Source: a virus
Taxonomy: Duplodnaviria > Caudoviricetes
IMG/VR virus record: IMGVR_UViG_3300049015_000042
Coordinates: 1-41,226 of that record
Direction: 5' to 3' (one strand)
DNA: 41,226 bases
How positions within the stretch are numbered: position 1 is the first letter of the stretch; each line of letters begins with the position of its first letter. Under the pieces are notes generated by a model. That model was not told the DNA's origin and made no database searches. It saw only the letters and a list, made by a program, of their open reading frames with translations. A program made the position numbers and the translations under genes. Below, piece after piece: positions 8,365-18,026 of this stretch.

Positions 8365-8919
8365 ATGAACACCATCCTCTTTGCCGCCGCCCGCCATGCC
8401 GCATTCGTGCGCCACCGCGGAGAGACAATCCCCGAAGATCATCCCCGCGAATTCCATTTCGCCGATGACGAGTCGCGCGAGAACTATCAGCGGGAGCTCC
8501 GCGGGGAGCCGTTGCTGCACGTTTGCAATCCCATCGTCCTGGTGAGCGGAAACTACCCGTGGACCGGGGAAAGCTCCCTGGTGCGCTCGCTGATCGCTGC
8601 GAATCATGGAATCGATAATGCGTGGGTCGATAAAGACTTCCGCGGAAGCGAGCCGCGCCTCCAAAGGATCATCGAGGACGCGATCGTCAAGGGACGCCCG
8701 TATGTGTGGTTTGATAACGTTTCGGGTCACATCGACTCCGAGGCCCTCGCGTTTTTCGCAACGGTTTCCCGCTGCACCATCATCACCAATGGAGCCGGAG
8801 AGCGCTATCCGGTGAAACTGCGATTCTATCTGTCAGGAAACGATCTCCGCCCCTCTGCGGACATCCTCCGCCGCTCCCGCGTCATCCGTCTTTCCCGCCC
8901 TCTCGATTCCGCCGCCTGA
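8365..8919 (+). CDS. Degenerate P-loop domain, paralogous to the helicase ATPase domain
   Basis: GNYPWTGESS / VWFDNV / LSGND / DILRRSRVIRL align by eye with ANTPGSGKSR / MFLDNL / LTGNQ / DLTRRSLMVDL of the 15886 protein. Confidence 0.7.
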   Translation: MNTILFAAARHAAFVRHRGETIPEDHPREFHFADDESRENYQRELRGEPLLHVCNPIVLVSGNYPWTGESSLVRSLIAANHGIDNAWVDKDFRGSEPRLQRIIEDAIVKGRPYVWFDNVSGHIDSEALAFFATVSRCTIITNGAGERYPVKLRFYLSGNDLRPSADILRRSRVIRLSRPLDSAA

Positions 8920-8928
8920 ACCCCTCTG

Positions 8929-9780
8929 ATGTCGCGCGGAACCCGCCAATCCTTTCCCAATGAGCTTGGAGACCCCGAGAAGCTTGACCGTCTGTTGCTC
9001 AAGAACGTGCAGCGGGACGTGTTCGGAGCCTCCGCCTTCCATGGTCTCGACCCGTCGCAGATGTGCATGGCCCTGGAGGAAATGGACGGGGAGGATCACG
9101 CCAGCCGCGAGCGGGTTGCGTTGCGCTGCGAGATCTTTTCCGGGTTCGTCGAATACCTGTTCGCGGACGGCCCCGAGCCGGAGTGCGTGCGCGCCAGGAT
9201 CGAGGGATTCTTCAAAGCCTTCCACCCCAAGCTCGCCGCGGGGATCAAGGGCCCGCGCGAGTGGGTCGCCACCGAGGCCGTCTCCGCCGTCCTGGGGAAA
9301 ACCAAATACGCCGCCCACTTCCGCGCGGAAAAGGACGCCGCCACCAGCCGCGGAGCTCTCTCCACCTGGGTCCGGGACTTGGAGGCCGAGTTTGATCTCG
9401 AATGCGTCTGGGAAACGATCGTCGCCCTCATCGGGTTCATGGTTTCCGAGGGGAAGACCTGGAAGATCGTCACCGCCGTCGCCTACTGCATCGCCAAATC
9501 CCTCCGCCCGCACGTGCTCGCGGGAATGTCCCTGGAAGACATCGCCACCCTGTCCGGTGACCGCGGACGCGCCACTCCCAGCCACCGAGGGAAACGCCTG
9601 ATCTCCCGCCGGCTCGCCGAGTCCGGAGCCAAGGCCACCCACGTCCACTATCAGAAATCTCCCGAAGCGGTGCGGAAATACAGCGCCGCCCAGATGGGAA
9701 ACCAGAACCGCGCCAAGAAGAAATCCCCCAAACGCCAGCCTAGCAAGAAACGGAAAACCACCGATCCCCGCAAATCATGA
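8929..9780 (+). CDS. Hypothetical DNA-binding protein with a C-terminal HTH and basic tail (possible late regulator)
   Basis: GMSLEDIATLSGDRGRATPSHRGKRL resembles a sigma-region-4-type HTH; Lys-rich C-terminus. Confidence 0.5.
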   Translation: MSRGTRQSFPNELGDPEKLDRLLLKNVQRDVFGASAFHGLDPSQMCMALEEMDGEDHASRERVALRCEIFSGFVEYLFADGPEPECVRARIEGFFKAFHPKLAAGIKGPREWVATEAVSAVLGKTKYAAHFRAEKDAATSRGALSTWVRDLEAEFDLECVWETIVALIGFMVSEGKTWKIVTAVAYCIAKSLRPHVLAGMSLEDIATLSGDRGRATPSHRGKRLISRRLAESGAKATHVHYQKSPEAVRKYSAAQMGNQNRAKKKSPKRQPSKKRKTTDPRKS

Positions 9781-10526
9781 GCTATTCACGACTAATCCGA
9801 ACTGGCAAGGAACGACTTGCCACAGCAAAGCGTTACGAAAAGCTCAGAGGAGCGGGATGGAGCGTCGCGGACATCTGCTCCGAGTTCCCCGGTTCAAACC
9901 AATCCGAGATCTACTGCTTGCTCCAGATTGTTAAGCTCCCCTCGGAGATTCAGGAGGATATTCACACCGAGAGACTCACCATAAACGCTGCCAAGAAACT
10001 GTGTAGTTTGTCCGAAGCGGACCGGGATAAGGCAATGACAGTCTTGAGATTATTGCCCGGGTATGAACAAGGAAAGACTCCAGATCGAACCCTTCTAAGC
10101 GCAATAAAAACGTCATCTCAGCCGGATGCTGAGACGCTCCCCATAACTCTCGCTGATTTAGTAACCAAAACCGCCAAGGGAGAAAATCTCACCGACAGGG
10201 AAAGAAGTTACATCCTGTCTCACACTGAGAAGGTCAAGGCTATGAGTGTTGGGGCCGAGAGCGACACCGTGGTAGGAGAAGTGACTGCCGCTCTTAGCGC
10301 TTTGAGCGGGGTCCTCCTCCGGATGGATGAGCGCGCAATGAGGATTTGTGAAAACTGCCAGTGGTTCCGCGAGGATCACGAGGTTGAGGAATCTTCATTT
10401 TCAATGGGTTTTTGCCATCGTAAAGCGCCCGCACCATCAAACCTCACTGAAGCTGATGATGAAGCTCGCCAAGCGGAATGGCCATTTGTCCGCAGTGATG
10501 ATTTCTGCGGAGATTTTCAACCCTAA
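9777..10526 (+). CDS. ParB/Spo0J-type HTH domain (no N-terminal CTPase) fused to a C-terminal Cys cluster
   Basis: GWSVADIC...LLQIVKLPSEIQEDIHTERLTINAAKKL; C-terminal CENC...FCHRKAP...WP...FCGDF. Confidence 0.65.
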   Translation: MSYSRLIRTGKERLATAKRYEKLRGAGWSVADICSEFPGSNQSEIYCLLQIVKLPSEIQEDIHTERLTINAAKKLCSLSEADRDKAMTVLRLLPGYEQGKTPDRTLLSAIKTSSQPDAETLPITLADLVTKTAKGENLTDRERSYILSHTEKVKAMSVGAESDTVVGEVTAALSALSGVLLRMDERAMRICENCQWFREDHEVEESSFSMGFCHRKAPAPSNLTEADDEARQAEWPFVRSDDFCGDFQP

Positions 10527-10531
10527 TAAAC

Positions 10532-10831
10532 ATGAACACTCGTAATTTAACGCCTCTTCTTGCGCCCTCGCCCGCCATGCAGCCTCTCGGTCCTGAGTGT
10601 CGCGCGTGGATGGATCGCATCGCCGGATGTGCAAAATCTTGTGCGACCATCATTTCGAAAGGCGAGCTCAACGACGGGGAGATCCCGCTGGTGATTGGCT
10701 CGCTGATAGTTGCTCTCTCCGATCACAGTGGGAGAGATATGGAAACCATCATCGGAGTGTGCGCTAGCGCCGCCCGCCAGTTGCGGGACGCCACACCTGA
10801 GGAGCGACCGGGTAAGGAGGTCGCTGCATGA
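10532..10831 (+). CDS. Hypothetical protein
   Basis: Closely packed ORF ending EVAA with an ATGA overlap. Confidence 0.6.
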   Translation: MNTRNLTPLLAPSPAMQPLGPECRAWMDRIAGCAKSCATIISKGELNDGEIPLVIGSLIVALSDHSGRDMETIIGVCASAARQLRDATPEERPGKEVAA

Positions 10832-12894
10832 GTGCCGACCCCATCCAAGGATTCTGGGGACTGCCGAAAAACACGTCCTTCAACCAATATCACTATTTCC
10901 TGACGGATACCGCCGAATGCGTCTGCGGGAAGTGGAGGCTCCGCGAGATCACCGATGATCACCAGGATCGCAAGCCCGCGCCGAAGATCGATTGCAAGAA
11001 GTGCGTCGATATCTATCAGGAGCTTTTTGCTGTGAAACCACCCGCCGCGCCCGAGCCGGATTGGACGGTGAAGACCGATCCGATGGATGGAGGCCACATC
11101 CTGCTTTTCCGCGGGGAAAAGCATAGCGCCGTCCGCGGGCTCGCCGGTCTCACCGCGCAAAAGGATCTCGCCGCGATGTTCAACAAGAACGGAACGGTCC
11201 CCACGAAGGGAAAGAAAATCCGCTGCGCCGCGGATGCTCCGAACCCCGCGAAGTTTCTCGAAAAAAAGTCCAGCCAATCTCCCGCGCTTCCACTCGATCT
11301 ATCGACCGAACCACCTGCCAAAATGCCAAAAGCCACTGCCGCCACTGCCACCGCCGACCAACCCGTCGCCCCCGTTGTCGAGACGTTCCCCGCCTCGCAC
11401 TACCGCCGTTATCCCACCAACCGCAATCCGGATGCCGAAGCGGTCAAAAACATGTCGGACAGCATCCGCGAGGTCGGTGTCCTGCAACCCATCATCGCCC
11501 GCACGATTCCGGGAGACCCGGAGATCGAGATTCTCGCCGGCGAGACCCGCTGGCTCGGGTGCAAGGCCATCGATCCGGACTATCCGGTGCCATGTTTCCT
11601 TCGCAACGTCGACGACAAGGAAGCCGCCAAGATCCATGCGATCGAGAATTTTCAACGCAAGGACCTCACACCGTTCGAGGAAGGCCGCGAGATCCAGCAC
11701 ATGCTCTCGTGCGGATGGGAGATGGAAGAAGTGGCCACCCACCTCGGGAGGTCCACTAACTGGCTCTACAAGCGCCAGATGCTTCTCAAGCTGCCAGAGG
11801 AGGGAGTGACCGCGTTCGGGGAAGGAAACCTCTCGCTGAATACCGCGCTGAAAATCCTGTCGCTGCCGGAGGAGAAGCAGCTCGAAGCGGTGAAAGCCGT
11901 CTCCGAACCGACGCACGCCGCGAGCGCCTTGTCCGAGCGTGACGCGCTGGAACTGCTTGATGACGAGTTTGTGAAGCCGCTGGAAAAAGCCGCGGAGTGG
12001 GAAGAGCGCCGCGATCTGTTGGAATCCGAGAATCCCGGATGCCACTGGCTCAAGTATGAGCACGCCGCCAAGGCCGGGGTGCACGGAAGCGACTACGTGA
12101 GAGCGGACTACACCCCGAACCGCGAGCTTCTATCCGATGCCGCGAAGCTCGGGGAGCTGGTAGTCCCCACCTGGAAAGCGCTCGCTGAAAAGCACGCCGC
12201 GCCGATCTACATTGGCCTCGCGCCCTGGGGACCGAAGGAGGCCGTGCTTTACGTCTCTCCCAGTCCGATCGTCGATGCCGAGAAAGCCGCCTTCAACGAC
12301 AACCCGGGAGACTGCATTTTCAGCCACGAGAAAGCGGTCGAGAAAAGCCGCAACGACGCACAGCGCCGGAAGCTGGAAGACGAGCAACGCGCCGAGGCCG
12401 TCCGCGTCGCCAACGAGGCCCGCCACGAGGAACGCAAGAAACTGTCCGCGCTCATCCTCGCTCCCGATGGTCTCACGAAAACCGCCGTCAAGAAATTCAT
12501 GGACCGCTGCCACGCGGAAGCCCTCGACTCTGTCTATCTGGAGTCGGACGAACTCGCCAAGCTTTTCGACGTGGTCAGAGGTGAGGATGAGGATTTCACC
12601 GCCTTGCGGGATCGCGCTCTCGCCGCCACCGCAAAGTATCTGAAAAGCAAATCCCTGGAACCGTTCGAAGCCCTGGGTAGGCTGGTGATGGCCGGTTATG
12701 CGCTGAGCCACTATTGCAGTGCCGAGGAGATGTTCGAAACGGGGATCGCCAAGCCCGCTGAGTTTCCCCAGTTCCACGCCGACTATCAGAAACGCCTCGC
12801 CCAACTCGCCGCGGAAAAGGCCGCGGAGGAGGAATCCGCCGCCGCTTTCGCCGATGGCGAGCCCGAATCCAACCGGGAGGAAGCCACCGCATGA
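10828..12894 (+). CDS. parB: Large ParB/RepB/Spo0J family protein
   Basis: SIREVGVLQPIIAR, ILAGETRWLG, IENFQRKDLTPFEEG, HTH EEVATHLGRSTNWL; N-terminal CxC/CxxC. Confidence 0.85.
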   Translation: MSADPIQGFWGLPKNTSFNQYHYFLTDTAECVCGKWRLREITDDHQDRKPAPKIDCKKCVDIYQELFAVKPPAAPEPDWTVKTDPMDGGHILLFRGEKHSAVRGLAGLTAQKDLAAMFNKNGTVPTKGKKIRCAADAPNPAKFLEKKSSQSPALPLDLSTEPPAKMPKATAATATADQPVAPVVETFPASHYRRYPTNRNPDAEAVKNMSDSIREVGVLQPIIARTIPGDPEIEILAGETRWLGCKAIDPDYPVPCFLRNVDDKEAAKIHAIENFQRKDLTPFEEGREIQHMLSCGWEMEEVATHLGRSTNWLYKRQMLLKLPEEGVTAFGEGNLSLNTALKILSLPEEKQLEAVKAVSEPTHAASALSERDALELLDDEFVKPLEKAAEWEERRDLLESENPGCHWLKYEHAAKAGVHGSDYVRADYTPNRELLSDAAKLGELVVPTWKALAEKHAAPIYIGLAPWGPKEAVLYVSPSPIVDAEKAAFNDNPGDCIFSHEKAVEKSRNDAQRRKLEDEQRAEAVRVANEARHEERKKLSALILAPDGLTKTAVKKFMDRCHAEALDSVYLESDELAKLFDVVRGEDEDFTALRDRALAATAKYLKSKSLEPFEALGRLVMAGYALSHYCSAEEMFETGIAKPAEFPQFHADYQKRLAQLAAEKAAEEESAAAFADGEPESNREEATA

Positions 12895-13385
12895 AAGACG
12901 TTTCCCGCAAGGATTGGGACTATCTCCTGGGTTCCGGTGCACCGTCGTCCGCGGATGCCGCACCCTCGCTCAAACCGTGGTTCCTGCTCGCGAATGGTTC
13001 CGACCCCGAGGCCAGCCTCCGCGCCGTCGCCAATCACGATTTCAGCCGGCTCTCGTGGCCGATCTACGTCGCCGCACGCGATAAGGAGCAATTCCAGGAC
13101 TTCACCTTCGCCGAGGGCCTGATGTGTTCCGAGGTCCGCCGCTTTCACGGGGCTCGCCACAAGCTGGAGAAGCTGCGGGAGGATAAAATCCTCATCCTGC
13201 TTCCCCGGTGGCAGGATGACCTCCAAACCTGCGAGCTGGTGGATTGGTGGGTGAATGACCTCGATCGCTACACCGTCGAGCTTCGATCGCCGTTACCCGT
13301 GTTCCGCACGCCAGGCTTCCCGTGGTATCGCCTCGCGGTGCTAGCGGGGATCGTCGCCCTCTTCGCGTGGCTCGTCACCCGCTGA
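12891..13385 (+). CDS. Hypothetical protein with a C-terminal TM helix
   Basis: ATGA overlap; hydrophobic end LAVLAGIVALFAWLV. Confidence 0.65.
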   Translation: MKDVSRKDWDYLLGSGAPSSADAAPSLKPWFLLANGSDPEASLRAVANHDFSRLSWPIYVAARDKEQFQDFTFAEGLMCSEVRRFHGARHKLEKLREDKILILLPRWQDDLQTCELVDWWVNDLDRYTVELRSPLPVFRTPGFPWYRLAVLAGIVALFAWLVTR

Positions 13386-13388
13386 AAC

Positions 13389-13583
13389 ATGGATGCCGCC
13401 CTCGCCGATCGCCCCTGCCAACCAGGGGAAATCCCCGTGTGGATCATCCATCACGAAAAATCCTACTACCTCGAAAACGATCCCTCCGCCGTCCGCTCCG
13501 CGGAAGCCCAGGGATACCACACCGAACGCATCACCATGATGCAAGATGACTATGACGCCTTACCGGATTTCCCCGGGAACTAA
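13389..13583 (+). CDS. Small hypothetical protein
   Basis: 64 aa, closely packed in the operon. Confidence 0.55.
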   Translation: MDAALADRPCQPGEIPVWIIHHEKSYYLENDPSAVRSAEAQGYHTERITMMQDDYDALPDFPGN

Positions 13584-13593
13584 CTATAACAAC

Positions 13594-14517
13594 ATGAAAA
13601 AACTCGATATCGAAAGCCTAGCAGGAAGACTCTACGACACCTATTGCCTTTCGGTGGGAGGTCTCGCGTTCAACGGTGATCCGTTGCCGAAGTGGGACGC
13701 GTTTCGCGAGGATCCCGCGAAGAGGAAACAAAGCGAAGCGTGGATCCACTCAGCGGCCGAGGCGATGAGGATTTCCCACGCGGAAAATTGCGTGCCCGGT
13801 CTCTGGATGTGCCCCACGTGCAATTTCCGCATGCACAAGCGGATCATCGGGAGGCACGACGTCGGAGTTGATACCAGCGCCCACACGGATCCTTGCCCTA
13901 ACGACGGGGATGCAATGCTGCCTGTGACGTGGGAGGATTACAGCCAAGGTCAGGAGCTGCTTTTGGCCCAAAAACAAGAGGAGATCAACGCCCTGCGAAA
14001 GCAGAAATCCCATCCCCGCATCACCCGCGAATTTCACGAGTTCATCAAGGAATACATCGACGGGTATGAGATGCGCGACCAGGACCACGGTGACTACACC
14101 CCGAACGCTAACGAAAAAGCCGTCGCGGAGGATGCCATTCACGGGTTGCTCGATGACGACGAGTTTCTGTCGTTCGTGATCCAATTCCGGATTGGCCCTT
14201 CGATTGAAGCGGGAATCAACGCCATCGTAGCAGAGCGCACCAAACAGTTTAACGTCAAAGGCTGGACTGCCGAGCATGACGACGCGCACATTTTCGGAGC
14301 CTTGGCCCGTGCGGCCACGTGCTACGTGGAGACAGCCGCAGTGCAATCGGAGCGGAGTCTCACAGAGCTGCCGGCCTGCTACATCCACAAGAATTGGCCC
14401 TGGGAGCGGGATAGCTGGAAAGTCTCGAACGACCCCGTGCGCAATCTGGAAAAAGCCGGCGCGCTCATCGCCGCGGAGATCGATCGGTTGAAAAGGAAAG
14501 AAACCACGGGGTCATGA
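13594..14517 (+). CDS. Mosaic phage early protein with a common C-terminal phage domain (Ead/Ea22-associated type)
   Basis: AIVAERTKQ..KGWTAEHDD..LARAATCY..WPW..RNLEKAGALIAAEIDRL; internal CPTC/CPND. Confidence 0.65.
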   Translation: MKKLDIESLAGRLYDTYCLSVGGLAFNGDPLPKWDAFREDPAKRKQSEAWIHSAAEAMRISHAENCVPGLWMCPTCNFRMHKRIIGRHDVGVDTSAHTDPCPNDGDAMLPVTWEDYSQGQELLLAQKQEEINALRKQKSHPRITREFHEFIKEYIDGYEMRDQDHGDYTPNANEKAVAEDAIHGLLDDDEFLSFVIQFRIGPSIEAGINAIVAERTKQFNVKGWTAEHDDAHIFGALARAATCYVETAAVQSERSLTELPACYIHKNWPWERDSWKVSNDPVRNLEKAGALIAAEIDRLKRKETTGS

Positions 14518-14726
14518 CGCTATCCGAGCTAAAAACTAACGTCGATGACGCTGTCCAGATCGCCCTCGAAATGGGTGAAGACCCCGCCAAAGTCCCGATC
14601 ACCCTGCAACTCGATCAGCAGGTTGACGGCTCTATATGGTCCGCCGAACAGGTGGAACTATTTTACGATGGCGGTGCTCAATGCACGGGATGCCTGATCT
14701 CAGCATATCTTCCGGAGAACAGATAA
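14514..14726 (+). CDS. Small hypothetical protein
   Basis: ATGA overlap; begins MTLSELK. Confidence 0.6.
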   Translation: MTLSELKTNVDDAVQIALEMGEDPAKVPITLQLDQQVDGSIWSAEQVELFYDGGAQCTGCLISAYLPENR

Positions 14727-14731
14727 CTCCG

Positions 14732-15877
14732 ATGGACCTAGTAGAACGTGCGGAAAAATTCGTCGATTGGCTCTCGAATAACAAGTCGTGGGCCAATGAG
14801 CACGATCTTGCCTTTTGTGCCGCGATGAACCTGGTGCACGGGTTTTCGATGGGGGAGGGTGAAGCGTTGGAGATCATGCAATCCAAGCTGAACCCGCGGT
14901 GGAAAGAGCGGGAACTCCGCCACAAGCTCCGCCAGGCCAGCAATTCCACATCGGACCGCCCCGCCGGATACCTGCTCACCCAAGGCCACGAATCCGCGCC
15001 AACGTCCTATTCCCAGCCACGCCGGGGAAACGACGGTCACAGACCGCCGCCACAGCAAGCCGAGCCGGAGCGGGTGAAAAAGCGCCAGGCTTACGAGCCG
15101 TCCGCGTTGCAAAAAATGATGCTCCGGGGATTCAACCCAACGACCTCATGGCTTGCGGAGCGATCGCCCTGGGATCCGCGCCGCTTGTCCGCGCAGCAAT
15201 TCCTCGATGGGATTTTCGAGCCTGGGGAAAAGACGATCATTTTCTTCAAGTATGCCAGCCAAGGCCAGTTTGGACACATCGCCGGGAATCCGGGGAAAAC
15301 GTATTACGTGGGAGATCGCCCCGGACTCCGCCCGACGATCGCCGAGGAGTTTCCCGATCACGGTCGCGAGGGTGCATGGTTCCTGCCGTGCCCGGTCAAC
15401 GGGAAATGGTTTCCTAACGGGAACGTGGACGATGCGGGAAACCCCATCCTTTCGCGCCGCACCGCCGCCTCTATCAGCACCTTCCGTCACATGCTCCTGG
15501 AGTCGGACGATGCGCCCGTCGATGAGTGGCTCAACCTGATCTGCCAGCTCGATTTGCCGATTTCCGCGCTCTACACGTCCGGAGGGAGATCCATCCATTG
15601 CCTGGTCAAAATCGACACGCCCACCAAGAGCGCCTTCGACGCATTCCGTGACCGCGTCTCGCCGGTGCTCTCGAAGCTGGGAGCCGACCCCGCCGCGATC
15701 TCCGCGGTGCGTCTCACCCGCCTTCCGGGGATCCTGCGAGATGGGACCGTCGATCGTGATGGAAAATATCAGAAATTCGACCCGCCCCGATTGCAACGCC
15801 TCCTCTACTTCAACCCGACTCCCGAAATCAAAGCCATCAAGCTGCTGCCCCGCCTCCGAACCATTTCCGCTGAATAA
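14732..15877 (+). CDS. AEP-type DNA primase (RepB-like primase domain)
   Basis: Catalytic-like motifs HMLLESDD and YTSGGRSIHCLVKI, plus RLTRLPG; lies directly upstream of the helicase. Confidence 0.75.
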   Translation: MDLVERAEKFVDWLSNNKSWANEHDLAFCAAMNLVHGFSMGEGEALEIMQSKLNPRWKERELRHKLRQASNSTSDRPAGYLLTQGHESAPTSYSQPRRGNDGHRPPPQQAEPERVKKRQAYEPSALQKMMLRGFNPTTSWLAERSPWDPRRLSAQQFLDGIFEPGEKTIIFFKYASQGQFGHIAGNPGKTYYVGDRPGLRPTIAEEFPDHGREGAWFLPCPVNGKWFPNGNVDDAGNPILSRRTAASISTFRHMLLESDDAPVDEWLNLICQLDLPISALYTSGGRSIHCLVKIDTPTKSAFDAFRDRVSPVLSKLGADPAAISAVRLTRLPGILRDGTVDRDGKYQKFDPPRLQRLLYFNPTPEIKAIKLLPRLRTISAE

Positions 15878-15885
15878 CCCATCCC

Positions 15886-17724
15886 GTGCCAGAAGTCACC
15901 GAAGAGATCCTCGCCAAACTCATTTCCGCAGCCAAAGCGAACGGACTCGATCTCGGACTTGCGCCCGATGGGAGCGAGATCGGAGACCTGAAACCCATCA
16001 TCGCCGCGGTCAATCTCAACCGCGCCACGTCGGAAATCGCGCATGAGACGGGAGCGAATTTGAAGGGGTCCGGGTTGTATGTTTACTCGGAGCGACTGGT
16101 GACGGTCAATGAAGACGGGACCACGCGGGACATGGACTCGAAGCGCTTCCGCTCGTGGATCGATACCTATCAGCTCAACTACTACAAACGCCGTATGCTG
16201 AAGGATGGGGACGAGACCAAGCTCGGACCACCCATAAAGGCCACGATGAAAAAGGATGTCGTGGACGTGTTGCTGGCGAGTGACGAGTTCCTGAGCCATT
16301 TACCGGTGATCAAGCGCATCGTGCCCGTCCGCCTGCCGGTGTGGGAAGCCGATGAGGAGGGAGGGCGCCGGGTCCGCCTGCTGCCGTTCGGGTATGACCT
16401 GGAGACGATGATTTTCACCAGGAACACGGGAATCGAATACCTGGAGAATTGGACGCTGCAAAACGCCGTCGATTATCTGAGGACGCTGCTCAAGGATTTC
16501 CCCTTCGCCGACGAGGGCCGGTCGCTGTCCGTCCAGATCTCCGCGATGCTTACGATTTTCTGCCAGTTCCTGTTTTTCGAACGGGACCGGTGGCCGCTGA
16601 TCTATTTCAACGCGAACACGCCGGGATCCGGAAAGAGCCGGCTCGCAGAGATGTGCATTTACGCCATCTATGGGGAGGCCTTGCCGCTCACGTATTCGGA
16701 AAATGACGAGTTCGTGAAGAAGCTCGACACGTGGGCCCAGCAAGGGATGGCCTACATGTTCCTGGATAACCTGACGGGCCTGGTCAAAAACAACGACCTC
16801 GATCGCTGGTTGACCTGTCCGATGTGGGCCTTCCGCCGCATGCACACCCAGACGATGGGAAGCGTGCTGAATCAAACCCTGCCACTCCTAACGGGAAACC
16901 AAGCCACTCTATCCGATGACCTCACCCGCCGCTCCCTGATGGTGGACCTGTGGTCAAGCCAGCGGCCGGAGGATCGGATGGAAAGCCTGTCGATTAACAT
17001 CGATGCCGAGTGGCTCACCGCTCCCAAGAACCGCGGGGACATGCTGTCCGCGTTCTACGCGCTCGTCCGCCACTGGAGCCACGATCATGGAGGAAAGGTC
17101 TATCACAAGTTGATTCCGTCGTTCGAGGGCTGGTCGCGGATCATCCCCTCGATCGTCACGCTCGCCGGTTTCAACTGTCCGCTCGAAAAACCGAACGTCC
17201 AGGACGCCGGCGGGAAGCAGGAAGTGGAATTCTTCCGCCTGATCGCAGCGGCCGTCGCCGAGCACGAGCCCACCCCCGGAAAGCCGGTCGCGCTGCTGCT
17301 AACGGAATGGTGCCGCCTCGCCCGCAAGCATGGTCTCTTCCATGCCGTCATTTCCGATGTGGAGACCATGCGCAGCGTGCTCGATGCCTCGCCGCGTCTC
17401 TATAAGCCGATGAAGGATGCCGGTGGAGCCGACCAGCTGCTAACGGAAGGGGACAAGGATTTTCAAGCCGCCTGCTACATGGAGAAAGGCCAGTCCACGA
17501 AGTTCGGAGGCTTGCTCCACAAGTTCTATCGAGGCCAGGAGCGCAAGATCAACGGGGTGTGGTATAAGTTCGCCGATCGCGAGGCGCGCCACTCCACCTT
17601 CGCGCTCGAAGTGGTCGACCGCCCCGGATCTCCCGCCCCCGAGCCGCCGCCCGCAGAGCCGGAAGCAGACCTGTCAGCGGTGGTCGAAACACCTGCTGAG
17701 GAAGAGGAAAAGCCGCCGTTTTGA
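15886..17724 (+). CDS. Replicative P-loop ATPase/helicase (SF3-like)
   Basis: Walker A ANTPGSGKS, Walker B YMFLDN, motif C LLTGN, arginine finger DLTRR. Confidence 0.75.
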   Translation: MPEVTEEILAKLISAAKANGLDLGLAPDGSEIGDLKPIIAAVNLNRATSEIAHETGANLKGSGLYVYSERLVTVNEDGTTRDMDSKRFRSWIDTYQLNYYKRRMLKDGDETKLGPPIKATMKKDVVDVLLASDEFLSHLPVIKRIVPVRLPVWEADEEGGRRVRLLPFGYDLETMIFTRNTGIEYLENWTLQNAVDYLRTLLKDFPFADEGRSLSVQISAMLTIFCQFLFFERDRWPLIYFNANTPGSGKSRLAEMCIYAIYGEALPLTYSENDEFVKKLDTWAQQGMAYMFLDNLTGLVKNNDLDRWLTCPMWAFRRMHTQTMGSVLNQTLPLLTGNQATLSDDLTRRSLMVDLWSSQRPEDRMESLSINIDAEWLTAPKNRGDMLSAFYALVRHWSHDHGGKVYHKLIPSFEGWSRIIPSIVTLAGFNCPLEKPNVQDAGGKQEVEFFRLIAAAVAEHEPTPGKPVALLLTEWCRLARKHGLFHAVISDVETMRSVLDASPRLYKPMKDAGGADQLLTEGDKDFQAACYMEKGQSTKFGGLLHKFYRGQERKINGVWYKFADREARHSTFALEVVDRPGSPAPEPPPAEPEADLSAVVETPAEEEEKPPF

Positions 17725-17739
17725 TCTAACTAACTCGCC

Positions 17740-17958
17740 ATGACGCCAGGACAAAAAGCCTACGAAGCCGATTTGAAAGAGTGTCCGAACTATCATGACG
17801 GCCGCTCACGCCGATCGTGGAATGAGCTGGATGAGATAACGCAGCTTTCTTGGGAAAAGAATCCGTCGAGGCGCAGTTGGTTAGCTCGCACTCGCGATGC
17901 GCGTGAGAAAATCGATCCATTGAAAAATAAGTGTTGCACAGACGCGAGGAAATGTTAA
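17740..17958 (+). CDS. Small hypothetical protein
   Basis: MTPGQKAYEAD...WNELDE...WEKNP, a phage-type small ORF. Confidence 0.6.
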   Translation: MTPGQKAYEADLKECPNYHDGRSRRSWNELDEITQLSWEKNPSRRSWLARTRDAREKIDPLKNKCCTDARKC

Positions 17959-17961
17959 TTT
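17934..17961 (+). promoter_or_regulatory. Putative sigma70 promoter for the DUF932 gene
   Basis: TTGCAC-N16-TAATTT with an extended TG at 17953-17954. Confidence 0.45.
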
Positions 17962-18026
17962 CTTCTCGTTGCCACTGAGTGACAGCCCGACCGGGAGGAC
18001 CCCGGAACCTCAATAGAGAATACAAA

